DNA of 64,000 bases from an uncultured Gammaproteobacteria bacterium (lineage in GTDB: Bacteria > Cyanobacteriota > Vampirovibrionia > LMEP-6097): assembly GCA_964517685.1 (NCBI GenBank), contig CAZFCF010000001.1, positions 345,458-409,457 on the forward strand. The letters are read 5' to 3'. Of this stretch, positions 45,190-54,453 are shown piece by piece. Numbering within the stretch: position 1 is the stretch's first letter; each line of letters begins with the position of its first letter. Under the pieces are notes generated by a model. It did not search any database and was not told the DNA's origin. It saw nothing but the letters and a program-made list of their open reading frames with translations. Both the position numbers and the translations under genes were made by a program.

Positions 45190-48097
45190 CATTAATAAAA
45201 TTTTCAAAAGCACGAGAAAAAGCACCATATTCATCGTCCATATGGTCACGGTTTATATTATTGGCAAGGAGAATCCAATCGGTTCTCATATCTCTAAATC
45301 CTCTCATTATTGAAATCTCATTATCATATGTTGCATTAAATTTATTAGGATCTATTTGTTTTATGTCCAATCCTCGAAGTTTAACAACAGCTTCAATAAC
45401 AATAGCTTTTAAAGCTTTGTCCATATCAGAAGAATGAATTTTACTTCTTATCTCCGCAAGATTTGTATGAAACTTATATTTTTCTTCTGCTTTTGGCGGC
45501 GGAGAGACTATTGAATCATCTTTAGCAAGAGCAGTGATAGTAAAAAATAGTTGGCTTGCAAGAGAGTCTATAAGCTTAATTTCTTTTTTAACTAAAGTTG
45601 CTTTAGCTTCTCTTGGATCTGCTGCTGAACCTTCTCTTCTGAAGAATGCTCCATACTCCAATAATGCTGTTTTATAATTACTAAAAGTATCTCTAAAATC
45701 ATTTAATATAGTTAACCCGCTTCGCTGACCTTTAGGTAATTTCAAATCTATTATTTTTTTGTCTTTAAGAAAATCTATTAAATTAGAATAAAATACTCCA
45801 TGATTTTTAGATTTTTCAATTAAATCCTTGATACTAGGCTTAAGATGCGATTTATCATCTGCCTGCTTTGCAATTGATTTAGATACTTTCTTTTCCTCAA
45901 CAACATCGGCAATCATGCTTCTTACTGCCTTTTCATCAAACTTTGCATAATATGGACCATCATTCTTGAATTCTTCTAAAGCAAAGCTGAATCCTTTCTT
46001 ATTGAGCGGCTCCTGTGTCGGTGGTAATTGTTGTACTGATTTTTCAGAGACAGAAGATGCTGGTACTGCTGCTGTTTGCTCATTTGGTTTCACTGAGTTC
46101 TCTTCTATTTTTCTAATACGTTGATTAATATATTCTTCAAATTTATTTTTAAAATTCACAAAAGCTTGATCCTTTTCAAAATGATTACTCTTAATAAAAT
46201 TTTTCAAGGCACCGAGTGGCACAGACCATGATAAGTCACTGCCTATTATTTCTTCAGCCAATTTTCCTGTTTCTGAATCTGTTTGAGCTGTGCCTTCACT
46301 CCTTCCTTTTATTTGATGTGCTGCTTCTCTAACAAGTTTTCTTAATATGAAATCCTCTTTTTTAATTCCTCCTTTAATTTCTCCATCTTTAATCATTGCA
46401 ATCGATAGCTCTAAGCTTGTAGGATTAAAATGTGCTTTATAGCCTGAAGTTGTGGTAGTACTCACATTTTCAGGTGCTGGTTCTTCAGCTACTTTTACTT
46501 TATTTGTACCTTGTCCAGGTTTATTATTACGTAAAGTAAAAACCAAATCTTTTTTTTGCTTTTCTAGATTTGATGGCAATTCATCATGAATTTTATTTAT
46601 TTGATCGTGTATAAAATTTGTATCCCCAACAGATTCCATTTTGTTGTCGTCATCTTCTAACTTATAAGTAATTGAAGGTTGAGACTTAGAATCATCTGGA
46701 TATCGAGTTTCTATAACAAGTGTTTTTGGCCCTACTCGATTAGCTAGATAATAATGATTTACACTCACATCTTTAACAACTTGTGATAAATCTAATTTTA
46801 ATTTGACCGATGACTTACCATCAACTAAATTCTGCGAACCTGCTTCAATATCAGTTAGATAGGGAAGTAATTCAAGAATACGGTCAAGATCTTGAAAGTC
46901 TCTCAATATGTGTGAAAGATGTCGACCGTCGGGTTCTTCTAACGGTTGCACAGAAGTCATTCCAAGAGGAAGTATCTCTTGTGTTTCAAGCTTTTCATCG
47001 CGTAGATTTTCAAAAAGTTTTCTTTGTTTAGAATCCGATGGCAAAGCTTGTAAAATAGTATTTAAAGCTTGATTATCATTATTTTCTAGAGACCAGCAGC
47101 CCCTAACCTCCCTACCATTTCTACCTCTACATGCAAAGGTAATAAACTGTTTATCACTAATCATTTCTGTTTTTATTACAACAACTTGTTTACCAATATT
47201 AGACAATAAATCTAACTTTAAAGATATAGAATTTTTATCTTCTCCTTTATCAACTGATTCAATATAAGGTATAAGTGCAAGAAAATCTTCTAATTTACGG
47301 TTTTCCAAAAGTTTATGTTCAAAATTATCCCAAAGGTCTTTTGCAATTTTTGGATCTATTGGCTTTGCTTTACTTTGCTTAATTGCAGTAGGTAATAAAT
47401 TACTAAACTGTTTTCTAATTTGAGTTGGTAAACTTCCTAGAATTTTCGAAAGAACGTTTATCGGAAGAGTATACTCCAAGCCATTGATACCAAACTTAAT
47501 CACCTTTTCGTTAATTCCAATCTCTATCGGTAATTGATATGCATTGATATTTTTTGGCAATGTTGCTTCCAGTGAAAAAACTGCTAATAAACCTTTGTAA
47601 TCTTCCGGCTCAGGTAAAGAATCTAGAGTAGAATTTTCTTGAGGATACTTTTTTTCTACCTTAACAACATAAGGCAGCAATCTTTTCAAATCCTCAAGTC
47701 CTCCAGTTGTGCCCATCATTAATTTAGTGATGGAAGATTCAAGTTTTTCTTTTTTACTACGACGTGATGCTGCAAAAACGAGACCACCACCACTTAATAA
47801 AGTACTAAGTGCAATATATAAATTTTTGTCATATAGAATTTTATTGATTTGATCAGCCACTATTGCTGTATCTTCAATTGTTGTTTCTTCAATCGTAGTT
47901 GCTGGAATTTTTCTAATATCAATATACTCTTCACCACCATCACCTATAAAGTCTGGCTTCAAAGGCATTTCAGCTTTTTTGGTTATCGTATTAGTTGTAT
48001 TATTTTTAGAAGGCTCAACTAAATCATGAACAGTGTAAGCTCCAAAGCCTGTTAAGCTTAGCCCAGTGAATGTAACTATATTTTTCAGGAAGCTCAT
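45155..48097 (-). CDS. Large hypothetical protein with N-terminal hydrophobic segments
   Basis: 980-aa ORF; internal repeats of LxxLLPYxxxVE. Confidence 0.75.
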   Translation of the reverse strand: MSFLKNIVTFTGLSLTGFGAYTVHDLVEPSKNNTTNTITKKAEMPLKPDFIGDGGEEYIDIRKIPATTIEETTIEDTAIVADQINKILYDKNLYIALSTLLSGGGLVFAASRRSKKEKLESSITKLMMGTTGGLEDLKRLLPYVVKVEKKYPQENSTLDSLPEPEDYKGLLAVFSLEATLPKNINAYQLPIEIGINEKVIKFGINGLEYTLPINVLSKILGSLPTQIRKQFSNLLPTAIKQSKAKPIDPKIAKDLWDNFEHKLLENRKLEDFLALIPYIESVDKGEDKNSISLKLDLLSNIGKQVVVIKTEMISDKQFITFACRGRNGREVRGCWSLENNDNQALNTILQALPSDSKQRKLFENLRDEKLETQEILPLGMTSVQPLEEPDGRHLSHILRDFQDLDRILELLPYLTDIEAGSQNLVDGKSSVKLKLDLSQVVKDVSVNHYYLANRVGPKTLVIETRYPDDSKSQPSITYKLEDDDNKMESVGDTNFIHDQINKIHDELPSNLEKQKKDLVFTLRNNKPGQGTNKVKVAEEPAPENVSTTTTSGYKAHFNPTSLELSIAMIKDGEIKGGIKKEDFILRKLVREAAHQIKGRSEGTAQTDSETGKLAEEIIGSDLSWSVPLGALKNFIKSNHFEKDQAFVNFKNKFEEYINQRIRKIEENSVKPNEQTAAVPASSVSEKSVQQLPPTQEPLNKKGFSFALEEFKNDGPYYAKFDEKAVRSMIADVVEEKKVSKSIAKQADDKSHLKPSIKDLIEKSKNHGVFYSNLIDFLKDKKIIDLKLPKGQRSGLTILNDFRDTFSNYKTALLEYGAFFRREGSAADPREAKATLVKKEIKLIDSLASQLFFTITALAKDDSIVSPPPKAEEKYKFHTNLAEIRSKIHSSDMDKALKAIVIEAVVKLRGLDIKQIDPNKFNATYDNEISIMRGFRDMRTDWILLANNINRDHMDDEYGAFSRAFENFINANLDKIRPSQN

Positions 48098-48131
48098 ATT
48101 ATCTATACTATTATAAAGTATTGAAATACTA

Positions 48132-51041
48132 TTATTTTACATTTGTTGGAGTTTTTATAATTGTATAATCGCCATCCACTTTCTTAAAGAGTTCACGACC
48201 AATAGTTTTTAATAATGATTGAATCTCAATAAAAATTGGATAGTATTGATTATTGTTTTTTTGTTCTGATTTTTTGGTTAAATAATTTAAATAGGGATAA
48301 CCTTCACCTAATTTCACCCCAACACTTTGATTCTGCAATACAGCTAATTCTTTTGCTTTATCTAAGCCATTAATAGCCTCGTTCTTATTATTTGCTTGAG
48401 CTGTTTGTACTACAATCTCATCTTTATTTTTTGCATAAATTCTCAATGCAACTGCACTTGTAGAATTATGGTAAAGCAATTCAATACTGCCATCATCTGT
48501 TTTAATTCTATCTACCTTAGAATTTGCTAGCTCATGTTTACCAAATAATTTTTCTTTAGCTTCATTTGATAATTTCAATTCACTTAGTTTTAAAGCTTCA
48601 TCAATTGTTTTAGTTTCTTTGGAAACAGGTGGTGTTGAAGTTTTGATTGGCTTTGTAGTTTCTTGCTTAGGTGATTTTTTCACTTCAGGAATTGCTAGTT
48701 CCAATTTAGAACCAAGCTGTTTTAAATCTACTTTTCCTAATTTAATTCTTATTGGAGCTGGCTCTGTTTCTTTCGCTGGCTGTTCTTTAGTTTCTTTTTC
48801 CTGCTCAGGTGATTCTTTCATTTCTTCGATTACTATTGGTTCAAAAGTTTTGTTAGACTGACTCAAATCTTTATTTAATGAAATTCTGATTGGAGTTAAA
48901 TCCACAATTGATTCTGGTGTTGCCGCAGCACCTCTATTATTTTCTTTTGTCTCGGAAGGATTTTTAGCAACAGTAGACTTATCCATATAAAAATCCTTAC
49001 CTTTGAAGTCATAAGTTGTATTTGTCGGTCTTGAAGGAGTAGTCTCAACCTCAGAAGTAGTCCTTTTAATATCAGTAATATCCCTAACTAATGGCTTCCT
49101 TGGAGTACGCTCAGCAAGAGTATTTGATTTAAAAATTTGACCTTCTAAATTTAGCGCAGTAGCTATTGGTGGAGCTATCTTATTAGCACCCTTCATAAAC
49201 CCACTAACATTAGTTTTTACAGCCTTGCCAAATTCAACTGCTTCAGTCGCAAAGTCTAAACCTTGCAGCAGCATTGATTTTGCAGTTTCATTTATTTCAT
49301 TCTTTAATTGAGTTTTTAAATCTTCATTTAAATCACTCAAAGCTTTTATGCCGACAGGAAGCATCATGAGACCATCTGCTAGACCTTTTGTACCTGAAAT
49401 TACTAAAGGTCCCAAATTTGGTATATCAATAGGTTCATCAGCGATAGTTACAGGCAAAGCCGGTGGCTCTGGTCTTTCTTCAACAATATTAATTGGTAAT
49501 TCTGGTGGCGGCGGTCCTACTTCTGCTTCAGGATTCTTCATTGGCTTTACTACTATTGGAGCCGTCTTATTTTCTGACTCTGGTGCAAAAGTTACTGTTG
49601 TAGGTATTTCATTTTCATCAGCAACCATTGCTTCAATTGGTGAATTATTTTCATATTGCTTGAGAATATGATTGATGCCTTCTTTTACAGTTTCATCACT
49701 GCTGCTTTTCATTTCCTCTAAAAAATTACGAGCAATTTCTGTTATATTTTTATCTGCAAAAATAATATCCTTAGAAGATGAATCAATAACAAATTCTTCA
49801 GCTAACTCTGCACTCTTTAAAGCAGAATCTTCATCTGTATCATAACTTGCACGTATTGCTATAGTTCCAGGATCTTTATAGCTAATTTTTAAAGCTAATG
49901 CTTTTATATCATCAAGTTCTCCATTATCACTAATCAAAGTATGTGGATGAACCAGATCAAGACTATTAGTTTCTTTATTAAAATTTGATTTCTCTTTTAT
50001 ATTACTACCATTTAAGTTCATGCACCATAGCGCACCAGGCGTTCTCAAATTGTAACCATTATATTTATCTCTTTTAAAACTTGGTATAAATTCTTTTTCT
50101 ACTTTTGGCGCAGATTCTGGTGGACTTGGCATTGCTTCTGCTGCTTTCTTTTCCGAGTCTCTGATCATTGTTTTTAATTTTTCGCTTGCTTCAGGTTTTT
50201 CAGGAACAGTGTCGTTAAACCATACTTTAGCTTCAGTAGCAAAAAGATTTTTACCTTTGTTCTCCTCACGACCCAACCAGTCCAGAGCTGATTTATAAGG
50301 TACATAGCTAAAGCCATCACTACCATCCTTTTTAGAATAGTGATCAATTAAATACCACTCATTATCTATTTTTGCCTGATATAAAAAAGAATTTACTTCT
50401 TCCGGTTTTGATCCAAAGTTCTCCGGCTTAGATTTTGTTAACTCAGTAATAACTGGTTCACTTTCCACTTTTGCATCTTCTATTGGAGTTACTGGCTTTT
50501 CTGTTACCGGCATCTCAGGCTTTGACTCAATACCTTTTTCTTCAGTACCTGATGGTGCATTCATATAATCAATACTTTGCTTCAAGCTTGCTGGTACTAC
50601 TGTCCATCCAAGAGTCTTTGAGTGTGCTGGATCAAAAATCGATCCACCATTCTTTCTAATTTCATTTGCTTTAGATTCTTTAATCATTTTTACGCTTGGA
50701 TCAACACCCGCTCTAGTATCGCGTAAAACTAAATATGACTCACCATTAGTACGAGCTCGATAAAATTTCAAACCTTGATAATTTTCTTTATCTAAACTCG
50801 AATCAAATTCTTTTGGACTAAGTTCTTTTGTATCAAATGTTGTCCATGGAGCTGGACTAACTATTGAATTAGAATCATTAGTTGTATTTGGCGTAAAACT
50901 GTCTTTCGGTGCAGCACAACTTGGAGCCTGTGTTTGTACAGGAGCACAAGGCTGAGATTTATGATATTTATGTTTTGCCTGCATTACAGGTGCATAAAAA
51001 GCTTGTTGCTGAATAAATTGCTGTCTACATTTTTTCCCCAT
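48132..51041 (-). CDS. Large hypothetical Pro/Glu/Lys-rich protein
   Basis: 969-aa ORF; GAAGG RBS; low-complexity linkers. Confidence 0.75.
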   Translation of the reverse strand: MGKKCRQQFIQQQAFYAPVMQAKHKYHKSQPCAPVQTQAPSCAAPKDSFTPNTTNDSNSIVSPAPWTTFDTKELSPKEFDSSLDKENYQGLKFYRARTNGESYLVLRDTRAGVDPSVKMIKESKANEIRKNGGSIFDPAHSKTLGWTVVPASLKQSIDYMNAPSGTEEKGIESKPEMPVTEKPVTPIEDAKVESEPVITELTKSKPENFGSKPEEVNSFLYQAKIDNEWYLIDHYSKKDGSDGFSYVPYKSALDWLGREENKGKNLFATEAKVWFNDTVPEKPEASEKLKTMIRDSEKKAAEAMPSPPESAPKVEKEFIPSFKRDKYNGYNLRTPGALWCMNLNGSNIKEKSNFNKETNSLDLVHPHTLISDNGELDDIKALALKISYKDPGTIAIRASYDTDEDSALKSAELAEEFVIDSSSKDIIFADKNITEIARNFLEEMKSSSDETVKEGINHILKQYENNSPIEAMVADENEIPTTVTFAPESENKTAPIVVKPMKNPEAEVGPPPPELPINIVEERPEPPALPVTIADEPIDIPNLGPLVISGTKGLADGLMMLPVGIKALSDLNEDLKTQLKNEINETAKSMLLQGLDFATEAVEFGKAVKTNVSGFMKGANKIAPPIATALNLEGQIFKSNTLAERTPRKPLVRDITDIKRTTSEVETTPSRPTNTTYDFKGKDFYMDKSTVAKNPSETKENNRGAAATPESIVDLTPIRISLNKDLSQSNKTFEPIVIEEMKESPEQEKETKEQPAKETEPAPIRIKLGKVDLKQLGSKLELAIPEVKKSPKQETTKPIKTSTPPVSKETKTIDEALKLSELKLSNEAKEKLFGKHELANSKVDRIKTDDGSIELLYHNSTSAVALRIYAKNKDEIVVQTAQANNKNEAINGLDKAKELAVLQNQSVGVKLGEGYPYLNYLTKKSEQKNNNQYYPIFIEIQSLLKTIGRELFKKVDGDYTIIKTPTNVK

Positions 51042-51185
51042 GATTTAATTACCTTCCGTTTTATCGAATCCTCACTTGATATTAAAAGGATAATGATAGG
51101 GAAATTTTGACAGGTAAACCCTTAATCAGGTATTAACTATTAAGTATCAACTTGGAGTTCTGTCTTCTAAAAAGCTTATGGTAGG

Positions 51186-51221
51186 CTGGATTGCCACGCC
51201 GCTTCGCGGCTCGCAATGACG
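51186..51221. repeat. Family A single unit (intergenic)
   Basis: ctggattgccacgccgcttcgcggctcgcaatgacg. Confidence 0.88.
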
Positions 51222-51259
51222 ATTATTGTCCTTAAATTAACACCCATGCTCCCGATGGA

Positions 51260-52279
51260 CTATATCCAAAATATAGGATCTAGCCCTGGGATCGCGGCAC
51301 CATCAATGATCTGATTAATTTGTTTTCTGACTTTATTTTTATAAGCTTCTTGTAAGGGATGCGATTCAGGCATGCAGGCTTCTAAAGAAAACTTGCCAGC
51401 CCATTCATCATTTTCCATATCTTCAGCACCCAAATTACGAGCAGCCATTTCACTACAGTGATTCATTAGATTTTGTGCAAAGACAATTTCATTAGTAGGT
51501 CTTAGAGCCGCAGTGGCAGTTTCTTTAGCAAGCGATATAGTCCAACACACAGTTCCATCATCAAATCTTTCTACTGAGTTGAGATATTTACTTTCACCCC
51601 GACCACCAAGGTGAGCAATCTGTCTCAGGTTGCGATATTGATCCACAGTGGTTTCATTAATTACAATTGGTTCTGTTTTATCAAAAGAGCAATGTTTCAC
51701 ACTAATAATATGATGAGCCTCATCATATTGAATAACTTGCACAAAATTTGTTTGCAAGGTTTTTTCTGATGGATAAGCGATAAGTACTTGATTTGCAGCT
51801 TCATTTCTTTTAAACCAAACCTGGAAATCTCTTTTATCAGGTCTTGTAATATCAAGCATTTGATTAAAAGCAAATTCACTTAAATGAGAATATTGCGCAT
51901 GAATCTTGGATAATCGTTGCTTAGTCATAGAACAGATTCTAGGCTGAAACCCTTTCTCTTCCAGGCTTTCAATGTTACCCAAATTAACGTAAGGCTCAAG
52001 ATTACGAGAAGGAATAAGTTCTAGTGTTTGTTTAAACTCTGGAGAGTTATGCTGCGGAAAGACTCCGACTCTTTTATCTTCTTGTGGAAAAGCAATATTT
52101 ACTTTACTTGCCTGACCAGGCTTAGTCATCAAAACTAACTCAGTAAGATTTTCTGGATCAAGTCGCTTACCGCTTTTACTGGAATTTTTATATGCATAAG
52201 GACCACCAACATAATTAAACTTATGTTCAAGTCTTACACTCTCAACTGCTTTTGCTTCTTCTTTTTGTTCTTCATCCAT
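51260..52279 (-). CDS. Hypothetical protein, paralog of 52343..53446
   Basis: Shared blocks FPQHN, KRDFxVW, ERFDDGT, ARNLGAE, EACxPESH, DGAxIPGL. Confidence 0.85.
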   Translation of the reverse strand: MDEEQKEEAKAVESVRLEHKFNYVGGPYAYKNSSKSGKRLDPENLTELVLMTKPGQASKVNIAFPQEDKRVGVFPQHNSPEFKQTLELIPSRNLEPYVNLGNIESLEEKGFQPRICSMTKQRLSKIHAQYSHLSEFAFNQMLDITRPDKRDFQVWFKRNEAANQVLIAYPSEKTLQTNFVQVIQYDEAHHIISVKHCSFDKTEPIVINETTVDQYRNLRQIAHLGGRGESKYLNSVERFDDGTVCWTISLAKETATAALRPTNEIVFAQNLMNHCSEMAARNLGAEDMENDEWAGKFSLEACMPESHPLQEAYKNKVRKQINQIIDGAAIPGLDPIFWI

Positions 52280-52342
52280 CTCTATGCAGAGAGTATCTTT
52301 TAGAAATAATTCTATGTCTAAAGAAACCTACCTTAAGTTAGC

Positions 52343-53446
52343 TTAGCCTGTAAAACTAGTATTTTCAAGCGTAGAGATTGGGAAGATTGGCGTTAAACCA
52401 GGTATACAAGCTCCATCAACAATTTGATTAACTTGTTTTCTTACTGAAGTTTTGTACTCTCTTCTAACTATGTATTTATCATGGGATTCAGGCACACAAG
52501 CCTCAGGAGAGAACTTACCAATCCAAGACTGAGTTTTAGTATCAATACCTTCTGCACCTAAATTTCTTGCTGAGAACTCTGTAAGTTCTTTATTCAGACC
52601 AGGCAATAGAATTACTTCTCCATCATCTTTCAAGACTGCTGAACCAACTACATTCTTACCAAACTTAAAGTCAGAAGTAGTCCACATGATAGTTCCATCA
52701 TCAAATCTCTCCAAAGAATTCACAAAAGAATTAGAAGTAGATCCCGTAACGCCCACATGAGCAATATTGCGAGTACGACCATCTTTATCAATGCAGGTTT
52801 GATTTATTACCAGTGGAATACTCGTCTCATAAACCACATGCCTTAAATCACAGACAGCACCTGATTCATCAAGGAATACACTTTGCATAAATTGAATCAA
52901 AAAGTTATGAGGATTAATATAGGCAATCATAATTTCACCTTCAACTTCTCTAACCCAAACATCAAAATCTCTTTTTTCTACTTCACTTTGCAAACAAAGC
53001 ATCTCTTTAAAACATTCAGAACTTAAATGAGCAAACTGGTTTGCTAAATTCGCAATTTTTTTCTTGGTAAGAGTGGCTTTATGTGGCTTAAAGCCAGCCT
53101 CTTCTAAACTAAATACAGAATGCAGGTCACGATATTTATCCAGCGTGAGAGAAGCTAAAACTTGAATTCCAGTTTGAAAAGCACCTGGAGTATTGTGTTG
53201 AGGAAATCTACCTACTCTTTGATCGCGAGGTGGTACCTTTAATTCTAATAATCTTGCTTGTCCAGGAGATGCATAAACTATTCTTGACTGAGAAGGTAAG
53301 TTTTTGTTTTTATTTGATTTAGAAGTCTTACTTAAGTAATTAAAATTATGCTTGATATTCAATGCTTGGCCAGGAGCAGTATCTAATACCTCCTGAGCAA
53401 GTTTAATTGCATCATCTATAATTGCCGATTGCGACATCTGACCCAA
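52343..53446 (-). CDS. Hypothetical protein, paralog of 51260..52279 (likely start ATG 53437)
   Basis: Same conserved blocks; AGGAGG RBS. Confidence 0.85.
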   Translation of the reverse strand: MGQMSQSAIIDDAIKLAQEVLDTAPGQALNIKHNFNYLSKTSKSNKNKNLPSQSRIVYASPGQARLLELKVPPRDQRVGRFPQHNTPGAFQTGIQVLASLTLDKYRDLHSVFSLEEAGFKPHKATLTKKKIANLANQFAHLSSECFKEMLCLQSEVEKRDFDVWVREVEGEIMIAYINPHNFLIQFMQSVFLDESGAVCDLRHVVYETSIPLVINQTCIDKDGRTRNIAHVGVTGSTSNSFVNSLERFDDGTIMWTTSDFKFGKNVVGSAVLKDDGEVILLPGLNKELTEFSARNLGAEGIDTKTQSWIGKFSPEACVPESHDKYIVRREYKTSVRKQVNQIVDGACIPGLTPIFPISTLENTSFTG

Positions 53447-53484
53447 CCCCTCCTAGGGTTATGTAGCTATTGTTGCTGGATTGG

Positions 53485-53501
53485 ATTAAGGGTTGGTTAA
53501 G
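53485..53501 (-). promoter_or_regulatory. CTTAACC-N5-WTAA motif, copy 4
   Basis: Minus strand reads cttaaccaacccttaat, ~40-50 bp upstream of the paralog pair. Confidence 0.6.
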
Positions 53502-53508
53502 GTGAAAT

Positions 53509-54345
53509 TTATTTCTTCCCATCAATGATTTTCTTTTTGTTTTGGGGTAAATAATTTTCTTGGCTAATAATAGATTTGCCAGTTTTTGATTCTAGATCTT
53601 TTCTGGCTTTACCAGCTACTCCACCACCGGTTTTGGCAGCCTCTTTGTTTTGCACAAAACCATGTGCATCATTTTTTCTAGTAATCTCTGTGGTTGCAGC
53701 TTCGCCAAGCATTGAAAAAATTAACTCTAAATCAGTCATGTGATCTCTTAAATTTTCGCGCTTGAGATTTTTGTGTTTTTTATATTCACTTGGAGTCATT
53801 CCAAAAGTTGCTCTGGATATTTCTGCAGTAAGAATTGAATATTCTTTTCCTTCTTTGACATCACGTTGCTTCCATTCATCTGTAAGTTCTTCACGAATGG
53901 CAATAGAGCGCATACGCTTTTCTATCCAATTCTCTGAATAACCTTTAGCTTTATAAATTTCTCTTGCTCTTTGACTAGCAAGCTCAGGATTTTCAATTTC
54001 TTTAACTCGGTCATATCCAACTTGAGCAAGCCAAAGTTTTAGTGGTTCTGCTTTTGGCGATGGAATTGACTGAATAATTCGAAGCATCGTTTCAGTATTA
54101 GCACAATCAGTTTTGCGATATTTGCCATCAATTGCTAATAATTTCAACTGGTTACAATTTGTAACCGTTTGATTTGAACCTTCATTCATTAACCTATTTT
54201 TTAGGACTTTCCAGTAATTTCTAGCGTCTTCACTAACTCCTAAAACATCAATTACATCTACAACAGAAAACCACCATTCATCATTATGTAAGGTTTTACG
54301 GATTTCCTTTTCTTCAAAAATGGCTAATTTATATTCTTCATTCAT
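53509..54345 (-). CDS. Bro-N domain protein (phage antirepressor-like)
   Basis: EWWFSVVDVI, IQSIPSPKAEP, NLRDHMTDLEL. Confidence 0.88.
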   Translation of the reverse strand: MNEEYKLAIFEEKEIRKTLHNDEWWFSVVDVIDVLGVSEDARNYWKVLKNRLMNEGSNQTVTNCNQLKLLAIDGKYRKTDCANTETMLRIIQSIPSPKAEPLKLWLAQVGYDRVKEIENPELASQRAREIYKAKGYSENWIEKRMRSIAIREELTDEWKQRDVKEGKEYSILTAEISRATFGMTPSEYKKHKNLKRENLRDHMTDLELIFSMLGEAATTEITRKNDAHGFVQNKEAAKTGGGVAGKARKDLESKTGKSIISQENYLPQNKKKIIDGKK

Positions 54346-54453
54346 CGCGATACTCTTACAAATATATTAGCACAGAGGGTCTTTAAAAAGCTCCTAATTA
54401 TTGATATTCAATGATAAATTTATTTTCAGTTTTTATTAAATACTTTTTTAAAA

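Noticed and set aside
43611-54345. Prophage or integrative element bounded by the recombinase and the Bro-N gene
   Set aside because: The recombinase is Xer-like and lacks catalytic residues, ispD lies inside, and there are no phage structural genes or att pair.
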